Assembly: GCA_951406725.2 (NCBI GenBank)
Contig: OX597823.1
Coordinates: 21,514,001 to 21,578,000 of the forward strand
Direction of reading: 5' to 3'
From: Octopus vulgaris
Taxonomy: Eukaryota
Length of the DNA: 64,000 nucleotides
Under the pieces are notes generated by a model. That model did not search any database. It had not been told where the DNA came from and worked only from the letters and a program-made list of their open reading frames with translations. The position numbers and the translations under genes are program-made. Below are positions 52,587-64,000 of the stretch, in pieces; position 1 is the first letter of the stretch; each line of letters opens with the position of its first letter.

Positions 52587-53522
52587 TACGAAAAACCCTT
52601 CAGGCTACATCCCGAAAATTCATTTCTTTGTCGAATTTCTACAATGTTTACGGCGATTCGTCTTTATATCTTGATTTTTTATTTTTCATGCAATTTACGC
52701 ATGCTTGCACGCGTGGTGAACACAGTTCACGTCAAACAGCTAACTGAGTAAAGTTCACTATTCAATGCATGGGATAAGGCCTAAACAAACACATTATCGA
52801 TTTTTGCACTTGCGAGATGAATTTCGGAACAGAAATAGCGCAGTTCAATTTTCATTCGCCTAAAATTTAAGTGACCCATTTTTGGTGGTTCTACGATTTG
52901 TTGGCTAGGAGGAGATGTGCCGGGAAGTTAAACACACAGACACACAAGTTGAGTTTTATATAGAGAGATTTAGTAGAAGAACGCTTAAGATCAGCTATTC
53001 TTGCTGTAGAATGTTCGCCTCTTTTGTTAACCAACACAACAGTAGGATAATTACTAATAACCATAGTGCCGATTCTCTTAAAAATTGTAATTTCAAAGAT
53101 GGGTCCTCCTGTCCTTTGGAAGGGAAATGTCTGGAGGAAGGGATCGTATATAGAGCCAAGGTGTAGATAGAAGGCTCACGCGAATATAGAACTTATACAG
53201 GGGCTTCTGAAAATTCTATTCGCATAAAAATTCCTTTAGATACCCCGAAAACAGGACCAAGACCAGCCTGGCGAAATATGTCTGGGAATTAAAAGAAAAA
53301 GAAGCCCGACCTTTCAGCGTGACATGGAGTATTTTGGATAGAGCTGCGCCATACAGGCACGGTGCTCATAAAAGAACGACCAAGTGCGATTTATGTTTGC
53401 TGGAAAAATATTTTATTTTATTCCAGGACACTAATTCTTTAAATCAAAGAAGCGAACTCTTGAATTCATACAGACACGCAGCTAAATTTAAAATGTCAAC
53501 TAGCAATATCCCATATGGATAG
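51100..53522 (+). pseudogene. Degenerate Penelope-like RT-EN ORF, Hydra-clade-like, split by a Helitron
   Basis: LKDHKANF..CRLIHPAKTEIG, QFDIIDFYPSI, MGAYDGAELC, GLYRDDGL, PYRKPN..SNHPP, KISYSC, CPLEGKCL..GIVY, WSIL, CDLCLLEK, LNQRSEL..YRHAAKF; several TAG stops and frameshifts. Confidence 0.85.
52270..52968 (-). mobile_element. Non-autonomous Helitron inserted in the PLE ORF
   Basis: Same termini as other copies; removing it restores HKLYRI|FSRRTLKISYSC in frame at an A|T site. Confidence 0.92.
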
Positions 53523-54748
53523 CGTTTTTGATCACACTGTTGGATTTGTTTTGTATTATGCATTATTTATTCCGCATCGTTTTTGTATATATTTAGACAT
53601 ATTTCTTAAGGAAAACCTTCGACTGTTATATACAAATATTATTTTTTCTTGTTTAGGATTCTGCTTTTAATTTATTTCATTTTATTGTATTTTATAAACC
53701 CATTTTAATCGTTTAATTCATAGATAATTAGATATAGGGTGTTCTATTTTGCATGTCTTTTATCTAAATTTTATTTATGTACTCAGCAATTTTTAAAAAT
53801 AATGTTGTTTGTATATACGTAAGGACCTAGACATGTTTGTATGTGAATATTTGTATTGTTGGCATGCATATGTATTCGTATGTATGCGCCTATGTATAGT
53901 AAGCGTGTATGTTTATACATATGCACATACATACATACATGGATGTATATGTATGCATGTATTCACTTGCATTTGTGTGGATATGTATTTACGTACTTAT
54001 CTCTATATATCTATATATGTGTTCTTATATGTGTATTTACTGCTAATATACACTTTTATATATACATATATACGTAATTTTATTTTGTGAACGCTCGCCC
54101 CTCCCCTTCCCTTACTCACTTCTTTAGCTATCTGTTACTTATAAGATCGTTACCTTTTTTTCTTTTTCCTCCCCACTCTGCGTTTTGCTTCTTGTCTATA
54201 TGTATACACCTAGTGATTTTTGCATGCGGGCAAGATTGCGTATACATATGTATATGTGTATTTGTGTGTATATTTACGTCTTGCCTATATATGTCTGCAT
54301 ATGTATGTGGTCTGAGTACATCTATATGTGTATTTTGCTGTATATATGTATATTGATGGTTTAGTATGCGTATATACTGTTGTGAAATATTTTAATTTTT
54401 AATGTATTAATTGTATTAATCGAATTATATTTCATATATAATTAATGACAATGTGTATTTTGAATCCGCTCTACGATTTAAGGTTTTTTCCTCGAATTTT
54501 ATAATTTATAATTTATATTGAATGATTTTTTTGTTTATTTTGTTTATCGCATGCTTAAGACCGTTATTTGAAAGGACCAATGAAACAAATCCATTTTTAA
54601 AGGTGTATCCTTTAAGGTGTATCTTCTAAAGGTGTATCTTTGAACATATTGTTATTTCTGCTCTATTCTAGCAAAACTATCCGACGAACGGGAACGTGAA
54701 ACTCTGAGTAACAGCTTTTGTTATATTTCTGCTGCTTTTAAATAAAGC

Positions 54749-54830
<82 letters not shown>

Positions 54831-54842
54831 GGACGGATGGAC

Positions 54843-54928
<86 letters not shown>

Positions 54929-54929
54929 G

Positions 54930-54971
<42 letters not shown>

Positions 54972-55398
54972 TCCAAATATACACATGCATAAGTGTGCAC
55001 GTGTGGGTGCGCATGTGCATCTGTATACAATATGGAAAACAATAGTGTCCATAACTTTCAATGACATCTCAATTAAGAACTCATCATGCTTCCTTATTTA
55101 TTTACATTGTAAGTTCAACTTCAAATATCTCAGATTGATTGATATTTGAAGAGCTTTGCTGTCTTCAGCAGCTACAAGTGTTAAATAGATGTCATTAATG
55201 CTATTATGCAGTAATCCTGGATCTTGAATCTTGCCAATATTGTTGATTGTATATTTTTCATTATTTAAAACTAGACCTTTAATTATTTGATCCTTGATAT
55301 CATGTATTCTTTTGAATATATATGAACAGAATCGTCGAGTGTCGTATCCTGTTGTGAGTGTGGTAGGTGTTATAAACTTGCCTGTTCTACATAATTGA

Positions 55399-55750
55399 TG
55401 TGGAGCCGCAATGGCCCAGTGGTCGTAGGATCGCGGTTTCGATTCCCAGACTGGGCATTATGAGTGTTTATTGAGCGAAAACACCTAAAGCTCCACGACG
55501 GGGTGGTGGTGGCGAACCCTGCCGTACTCTTTCAACACAACTTTCTCTCACTCTTTCTTCTTTCTCTTATACCTGTATTTCAAAGGGCCAGCCTTGTCAC
55601 GCTCTGTGTCACGCTGAATCTCCCCGTGAACTACGTTAAGGGTACACGTGTCTGTGGAGTGTTCAGCCACTTGCACGTTAATTTCACGAGCAGGCTGTTC
55701 CGTTGATTGGATCAACTGGAACCCTTGTTGTTGCAACCGAAAGAGTGCCA
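55399..55750 (+). mobile_element. SINE family 1, slightly deleted
   Basis: Homology to 2137-2519. Confidence 0.9.
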
Positions 55751-57320
55751 CATATTTGATATAAAAATTGAACCGTTTTAGTGCAATATTTCTCTGTACG
55801 TTTGTAACTGTTTGTCTATTAGCTGATTACTTTCAATTGATTCCTTGTACTTCTTATATGAGACTATACAGTATTCGTATTTAGTGTGTAGAACATAGGC
55901 GCTTTCTCTCAATAATATCGTTGGTGTTTTTATTTGTTGAATTAAATATTTAACTAAAGTATTAGCATTCTTAACTCTTATTTCTATGTTTTGGTTCGTT
56001 CTTTTTTCTATTTGTGCTGTATTTATGCCCCTCTGATATGAACTTTAATGTTACAAGTCACTAAATATCATGAATACGAGAGGAAGCTTACACACGGCTG
56101 TCCAGCCTACCAGAAAGGCAACCAAATCTCTCTCAGATCAAACGTTACCGTCTTCTAAAGGACACATCGGACAATGTTGTCTTGATACACAAAATGTCTG
56201 TATGATCACAGTTAGACCGCCATTGATCATAAATCTGTTCAATCGATAATGATTTAGGGTTAGACAACCATAACAACGACAACTCAATGTTAATATTTAA
56301 TAATTTGGCCATTGTTCTTAGGTTTATTTCAATAGTATTTAAACGGTTTCGCCCTGGTGTCTCTTTTGTAGTTATTGTGAGTGTGCTCTAGTCATCTGTT
56401 GTTGGCTTTATTATCATACAAGCAATATGCAAGGGCTTGTCACAAGCCACTATTTTTAATAATAATCACAACCAGTCAGAAAAACAGATGACGAAATATG
56501 ACGTTATCTTATGCTAATAATCGTAAAGTGAGAGGCGTATTTCATTCTCTTTATTTCTTTATTAATTCTGTAATAGTGAACGTACTTGACCTAGGAATTA
56601 GGATGCTTGGTTCATGAACACAGAGCCGTAAGTTCAAATCATCAACCGAGTGTTCCAATTTATTCTACTGTAATGAGTACCATCTGGGTACTAGTACAGT
56701 GCTTTCTTCCCCCAGCATTTACATCCGAGGTGTTCCCTTTGAGTGAAAGGAGACAATGCCGATAGGCTATCTATGTCTGCTCGCGGCTACATAATTGACA
56801 AAAATTTAGTGAAAGCATGGTGCATGTTACAAAGCCATACTTGCTAATTGCACATAATATTGGATACATTGTCAATCATCGTCACAAAAATTCCAGTAAT
56901 TTTAGTAAAGATTATATAAAAGGGTTATGGTGGTCCTGTGTTTATAAAACACTTTACATTAATGAAATTGACATTATATATGAATAATAAATTATACTCT
57001 CTTGCTACGCTATTTATACATTATCTACAAAAAATATTTTTCATTTTAAAATGAATTTAAACACCAGACTTGAAGTAATCAAATTATTTACAATTTTTTT
57101 TTAAATTGAATGTCGATAGATGTGAAGAATAATTTTTCTGTGTCTAAGTGGAATACTTCAATTCGATAAACCAAAGTTTTGATTGAAGGGCGTTATTTTT
57201 CTTTATTAATGGTTTCCTTTCGATTGCACAAAACCAAATGAAACTAAAATAGAACATTAGCTAATAAAACAACATATATATATATATATATATGCATTTA
57301 TGTATATATATATATATAGG

Positions 57321-57380
<60 letters not shown>

Positions 57381-57519
57381 AAATATGTATATACAGATAT
57401 ATAGTTATATATATATATACATATATGTATACATATATATGTGTGTATATATATACATATATATACATACACACACATACACACACACGCACACATGCAC
57501 AAACACACACACACATACA

Positions 57520-57565
<46 letters not shown>

Positions 57566-57669
57566 CACATACATACCACCACCTGACAAATATGTTGCTT
57601 TAGATACACGGTTTTTTACGACTGGATACACATGATCATACCGACAGAGGATTGTTTCTCAATATTTAG

Positions 57670-57872
57670 CATTCGTTAGGCTGGTTGAATGCTTAGCACG
57701 CTTAGTGGTATTTCATCTGTCTTTAAGTTCAGTTCAAATCCCGCCCAGGTCGATTTTGCCTTTCATCCTCTTGGTGTAGAGAAAATAAGTACCAGATGAG
57801 GACTGGTGTCGATGTAATCAACTATTCACCACCCCCAAATTTGCTGGCCTTGTGCCAAAAATTTGGAATCAA
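57670..57872 (+). mobile_element. SINE family 3, degraded
   Basis: Core gtcgattttgcctttcatcc and A-like tail. Confidence 0.75.
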
Positions 57873-58944
57873 TATTTAGCGGTCGATACTGTAGCTAATG
57901 TAAATTATAGGAGCTCTGCATAATTATCAAGATACATAACAACGAACGCCACAAAGCTTCAACAGGTTACCTCTATTTCGTTATGCGTTTGTAACTCACA
58001 TGCTGGTTTCGCAGGAGATCATGCATTATGACCTTCGTACAGCCTTTTTGAACACGTGATTTATGTTTCATTTGTTTTTGATGCCTTTGTTTATTCGTAA
58101 TCCCATAAACTATTGCTCTTCTAAATGCAATCTTTTCTTTAAAACTCATCTTATTTATTGCAGAAAAAAAAAGTGAAAACAGAAACCAACAAAAATGAGC
58201 GTAAACTAAATAAATAGTTAAATCTATGCTGCAAGGCAAAATATTAACAACAACAACAACAACAGTAATAATAGCACATATAAAACAAAGAGCAATTTTA
58301 ATTGAAACAATGATTGTTATGCGAAGAGAAGTGGTATTTAGCACTAACTACAACATTGATTAAACGAAGCGACTGTCCATTTTTTAAAAAAGTTTATCGA
58401 TTATATAAAAGTCTTTAGAAAATTTACACGTTCACTATTCTTATAAATATAGCTGCATAAAAGCTATATTATAACATAAAATCGAATTACAGTTTCACTT
58501 TATTATTTTGATTTTTATATATATATATCTCCCCATCAACGCAAATCTCTATTGAACCTCTCTTAAACCACACTTCATGGTTGTTGTTCATTAATCGGCT
58601 TTTAAGAGATAATTATTATAGTTTTTTTCGCCATTATTTATTTAAATTTCCTTGGTGTTATAGCTAAATTAACTTTCAATATATGACGAACTATTGTTCA
58701 TCACGGTCTTTATAACCGCCATTAACCTGCGAAACGAAAGCATGCGAATACCGCCATTTTCTATTGTTGGGTCTCCTACTGTTTCTCTGCGGTTATTTCC
58801 TTTGTAGCTGTTCATATTAATAGATTTCGATGTTGTTTTAATATTCTTATTTTATTTGTAATATTTCGTTCTACTTCGCTGTTCACTGATTTCCAGTCGA
58901 GGGTACTTCATAGCAGTGTATTTTCGGAGTATGACTATGAGGAT

Positions 58945-59388
58945 TATAATGATGCCGTTGATGACGATGATGATATGGTGATGATAATGATGATGAGGAG
59001 GAGGAGGAGGAAGTGGTACTGGTGCTGTTGCTACCGGTAGTTGTAACGATGATGATTACGATGATTACGATGATAACATCGATGATGGTAACTACGACGA
59101 TGATGACGATAATGAAAATGACGATGACGACTACAACAACGACGACGACAAGGATGGTTATAGTAACGGTGGTGGTGGCGGTGGTGGTGGCGGTGGTAGT
59201 GGTGGTGGTGGTGGTGGTGGTGGAGGCGGCGGGGGCGGCGGCGGCGGCGGTAGCGGCGGTAGCGGCGGTAGCGGCGGTAGCGGCGGTAGCGGCGGTAGCG
59301 GCGGTAGCGGCGGTAGTGGGGGCGGCGGTGGCGGTGGTGGCAGTGGTGGTGGTAGTGGTGGTGGTGGTAGGTGGTGGTGGTGGTGCCG
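58945..59388. repeat. Compound trinucleotide tract (GAT/GAC, GGT, GGC) with a (GCGGCGGTA)n array
   Basis: Directly visible. Confidence 0.9.
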
Positions 59389-59845
59389 ATTGACAGTGCT
59401 GGAACTGGTTGTGCTGGTGACCTTTGGAAGTTATCAATTATCAAACTCAAGATAGCGGAACTAATGCAGCTAGTAAAAAGCCAGAGATGCTTTATTTCGC
59501 TTCTTTCTTTTTTTTTTCTTTAATGGATAAATCAGAAGATAAAAAAATAAGCGACGGCCATAACCGTTTACCGCATATTTGAGGTTGGTGGGTGGAAAGG
59601 AAGACGTTATCATCAAATCAGAGACTGGTCCTAACGTTTACAACACTGGCTGACTTCACTCAATCCACCCAAGGGGAAGGTGGCGCTGCTGAAACGGAAA
59701 TGGATTAAATCTAACAAAAAACAAGAGCATCCATCAAGTTTCTGCTTCCAAATTACTCTTAAATGTCATTGGTCAAGAGAAAGTTTTGGTAGAAGGTAAT
59801 GACACCACACACACACATATATATATATGTATATATGTATATATA

Positions 59846-59920
<75 letters not shown>

Positions 59921-59921
<1 letters not shown>

Positions 59922-60120
59922 GTAAATCCCCAAAAAGAACGAACAAACGCACGAAAAGCAACAACACGAGAACGTGTTACGTATAAAGTACTAGCAGATG
60001 CACAGGAAAGGAAAGAAAGGTGGTTTAACGTTTCGAGCAAAGCTCTTCATAAGAGACAGAGTAAAGTCCAATAGAAAAGGAGGATGGCGGGGAAAAACCA
60101 AAACGATTCACATGTGGCTA
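59921..60120 (-). mobile_element. Short non-autonomous element with minimal HHR-like motif (60020-60056) in (TA)n
   Basis: Minus: CTTATGAA-GAGC-ttt-GCTC-GAAACGTTA; core deviates from CUGAUGA. Confidence 0.6.
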
Positions 60121-60170
60121 CATTTTGAAAATGTATACATATATACATACATTTGACCCATTTTGTATTT

Positions 60171-60228
<58 letters not shown>

Positions 60229-60253
60229 GTATATATATGTATATATATGTATA

Positions 60254-60298
<45 letters not shown>

Positions 60299-60361
60299 AT
60301 ATAAACATATATATATATATATATATATATAGATAGATAGATAGATACATAGATAGAGAAC

Positions 60362-60414
<53 letters not shown>

Positions 60415-60421
60415 GTGTGTA

Positions 60422-60760
60422 TATCTTGCTCAGATATTTAATATAACATTCCCTCTCTTCTACGAGATCAGCGACAGTGAGTCGCTAGAAAAATATATAG
60501 TAATTTGCGAGTAGAATGAGCTTCCGTCACTAGCCGGTGGCTAACACACACTGACGATGGGTAACCAACCAGTAACTCGAGTCCGTGTGTATCACGTAAG
60601 GCTAGAGATGGGAGCGATGACCTCCCTTCGCAAATATTAATCGGACATAGAATGTGTGTCGTTAGTCAGCTGGAGGAGATGTTTTCCTGGCACTATAAAC
60701 TTCAGTAGCACTGTCCTGTATAGGACACCACACTTAGTTGGCAAATTTTTCACACATAAA
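60422..60760. mobile_element. Non-coding (TA)n-flanked element with decayed HHR-like motif
   Basis: acaca-CTGACGA..actcga-gtc-cgtgtgt at ~60545-60590; shares sequence with 12175-12318. Confidence 0.55.
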
Positions 60761-60818
60761 ATTTTATATAGATGTATATATAAATATACATATATATATA
60801 TATATATATTGTCTCTAA

Positions 60819-60860
<42 letters not shown>

Positions 60861-60956
60861 AATATAAAATTATATATATATAAAATATATATATATATAT
60901 ATAAGTATATATATATATATGTATATATATAAATATAAAATTATATATATATAAAA

Positions 60957-61009
<53 letters not shown>

Positions 61010-61071
61010 CTATATACAGATGTTTATAATTATATGTGTGTGCATGTATATTTGTGTGTTTACACATATAT

Positions 61072-61303
61072 ATTTCTTTACTACCCACAAGGGGCCAAAC
61101 ACAGAGGGGACAAACAAGGACAGACAAAGGGATCAAGTCGATTACATCGACCCCAGTGCGTAACTGGTACTTAATTTATCGACCCCGAAAGGTTGAAAGG
61201 CAAAGTCGACCTCGTCGGAATTTGAACTCGGAACGTAACGGCAGACGAAATACGGCTACGCATTTCGCCCGGCGTGCTAACGTTTCTGCCAGCTCGCCGC
61301 CAA
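61072..61303 (-). mobile_element. SINE family 3, tail type B, full length
   Basis: 17-bp TSD tgtgtttacacatatat at 61055-61071 and 61304-61320. Confidence 0.92.
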
Positions 61304-61358
61304 TGTGTTTACACATATATGCACCCATATATGTATGTGTGTGTCTTTGCGCGCGCGC

Positions 61359-61394
<36 letters not shown>

Positions 61395-62108
61395 ATATAA
61401 TGACTCTTAAAAACTAGACCTGTTTCCTTCACTTGGGAATTCACCGATGCATATTTGTGTAAGGGAAAATTCAATGTAATATATATGTGATTGGGTCGGG
61501 TTTGGAAAGAGAGGTACTGGTTGTCCGTTGTTCTACAAGTGGTCTCTCAGTTGACTGGTCACAAGGCGTTGAATTACAAAAAAAAGTAATGAAGATGGGA
61601 TGATTAAAGAGAGTGGTAGTGTAGACATGAATAGGGCGGGTTTAGTGTCAAGAGAGAGGGATAGAGATAGAGAGTCACAGCGGGGAGAAGTTATTTGCCT
61701 AAGATGAGATGCGTAGAGAGATTTGTGAAAGCCATTGAATTAGGACAAACACTCTATCTCCATATAAGGAAATAGCAGAGAGAAGGTAGGTGTTTAAGCT
61801 TCAGAGACAACAAAATATTTAGCATAAATAATAAGTAGAAGAATGGGCTGTTCTTCAAGCTAACGACCAGCAGCAGCAGCAGCAGGAATTTGTGAGAAAT
61901 ACTGAAGCGTTAACTTGCGTATAAATGCATAATTTAAATTCAATAAAAATTAAGCCGTGTATAAAGTTTTATGTAGAAAAATCATATTAAACACTTAAGT
62001 CATGAATAAATAAATAGATAAGTGGTAAGAATAAATATATGACAGAATGAATCGTTGTGGATTTAATGATTACTATTAGAAGTAATAACTTATTTATTAT
62101 TATTATTA

Positions 62109-62235
<127 letters not shown>

Positions 62236-62287
62236 CATTATTATTATTATTATTATTATTATCATCATTATTATTATTATTATTATT

Positions 62288-62865
62288 GAGTGAGAGAGCA
62301 GTGCATGCCATCAAAGTGACACTGGGGTAAAATATATGAAGCCCAATATACCCATCATGACTACCCGTCTGATAAAGATACACCAGGCACATGCATCACA
62401 ACCATATGTGCGCGACATGGTGATCTCATATCAAGATAAACAGCGCATGACCTTGCAGGTGGGGCCCAGTTAGAATTTTCTTCAGGTTGAGTAGCCCATC
62501 CCGCTCAAAAGGACCCTGAATAAGGGTTGTTTAAGGATGTTGAAAGAACCACCCATGTTTCCAGAGGTGAATTATTCAAACCCCCAAGGATCCCTCTCAA
62601 CACATGGCTATGATGCTCCCCCACTACTTCTGCTCGTGATCAGAGATGCACATATCGTCAGCCACTAAGGGACATGCTCAACTGGTTAAGGTCAAACAAC
62701 TGACAAGCAAATCTGTGGCATTGAGCAGAATATTTGCTGTAGCCCATCTTTTATACCAAGACAAAACAATGTACATGATAACACTTCCAATCAGTTAAGA
62801 TCAGAAGCCATTAGAGCCACTGCCTGGTACTGCATCAGGGCATCTGCCTGGTACTGCATCAGGGC

Positions 62866-62867
<2 letters not shown>
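62288..62867 (-). mobile_element. Longest copy of the (AAT)n-embedded non-coding element
   Basis: (ATT)n on both sides; 24-nt duplication ctgcctggtactgcatcagggcat at one end; another terminal fragment at 62945-62992. Confidence 0.85.
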
Positions 62868-62944
<77 letters not shown>

Positions 62945-62997
62945 GAGTGAGAGAGCAGCGCATGCCATCAACGTCACAATGGGGTAAAATATTTCTA

Positions 62998-63372
62998 TTA
63001 TTACTTCCGCCTTAGAGAAAGCGGAAGTATTATTTTCAGTCGTGTTTGTTTGTTTGTTTGTTTGGTTGGTTGGTTGTCCGTGGACAAGATTCGGATGAAA
63101 CTTTCGGGGATGTTTGGTCTCGTGACTGGCACGAAGTGATTAGATCTTGAGATCGATCCGATACCAGACACGGATTCTGAATTATTTTCCTTTTTTTTTT
63201 TGTTTTTTTTTTACTTAATTTTGGGGAGCGATCAGATTCATTTTTAGTATTCTTGTTTATGAGAGAAATCAAGTTTATTTCAGATATTCTCATTTCAAAA
63301 ATCATCCCTGACTAATCATTGAGAGGACGTTGGTGTTGCCTGGCGAAGGTTTGCGCCCTCTGAATGCTCTTA
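62998..63372 (+). mobile_element. Helentron-associated non-autonomous element (HINE/DINE-1-like)
   Basis: 5' hairpin tacttccgc..gcggaagta, internal (GTTT)n, 3' subterminal ggcgaaggt followed by a short imperfect hairpin, T-rich flanks. Confidence 0.65.
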
Positions 63373-63391
63373 TTATTATTATTATTATTAA

Positions 63392-63448
<57 letters not shown>

Positions 63449-63465
63449 CATCATCATCATCATCA

Positions 63466-63517
<52 letters not shown>

Positions 63518-63597
63518 CATCATCATCATCATCATCATCATCAACATCATCAACATCAGCATCATCATCATCATCATCAACATCAGCATCATCATCA

Positions 63598-63808
63598 CGG
63601 CGGTGAGCTGGTATCATCGTTTAAACGTTAGGAAAAGTGCTTAATGGTATATCATCCGTCTTTGAATTCTGAGTTCAGATTCCGCCGAAGTCGACTTTGC
63701 TTTTCATCTTTTGGGGATAAATAAGATAAGTACCAGTTGAGTATTGGGGTCGATTTAATCGACTATCCCACCCCAAAATTGCTTACCTTGTGCCAAAATT
63801 TGAAACTA
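63598..63808 (+). mobile_element. SINE family 3, tail type A-like
   Basis: Head, core and tail homology. Confidence 0.85.
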
Positions 63809-64000
63809 TTATTATTTATCTTTTCCTTCTTTCTTCAAATTTTCTTCCGTTTCTCGTCGAGTGTTTTCAGTATACCTAGGGCACAGAAGCTCATTGTATG
63901 CATTCCCAGATTACACACGCAAATTCACAGGTAAAATATGTATTTAAAAATTAATAAATAAATAAATTCATGAATGAATAAATAAATAATAATTAATAAT

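Noticed and set aside
51100-53522. Selenocysteine read-through as in Naiad PLEs
   Set aside because: The in-frame stops I traced are TAG, not TGA, and come with frameshifts, consistent with decay.
58883-59450. Mucin-like or poly-Ala/Thr protein ORFs
   Set aside because: Open frames result from trinucleotide repeats; no splice or domain support.

Overview
AT-rich, microsatellite-saturated eukaryotic DNA. The SINE and repeat repertoire suggests an octopus (coleoid cephalopod) genome; this is inferred from recognising the repeats, not from a database search. Most ORFs in the supplied track are microsatellite artefacts. Main content: (1) an apparently intact two-ORF Penelope-like retroelement (PLE, Neptune-like) at 5529-10246 with identical 450-bp terminal repeats carrying a hammerhead-ribozyme (HHR) motif, and a candidate -1 frameshift joining ORF1 to the RT/GIY-YIG ORF; (2) a 5'-truncated second PLE and a decayed Hydra-clade-like PLE; (3) many short HHR-bearing non-coding elements in (TA)n tracts, two forming kb-scale tandem-plus-inverted structures; (4) Tx1/L1 and R4/Dong-type LINE fragments, three tRNA-derived SINE families, non-autonomous Helitrons, a Helentron-type element and a deleted mariner; (5) two or three small exons of a + strand host gene encoding an acidic C-terminal tail with YQRL and EKESLL sorting motifs. 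The most unusual observation is a Tx1-type LINE whose 3' end matches a SINE tail, with three LINE/SINE junctions at the same nucleotide of the SINE head, suggesting a self-targeting SINE-LINE system.
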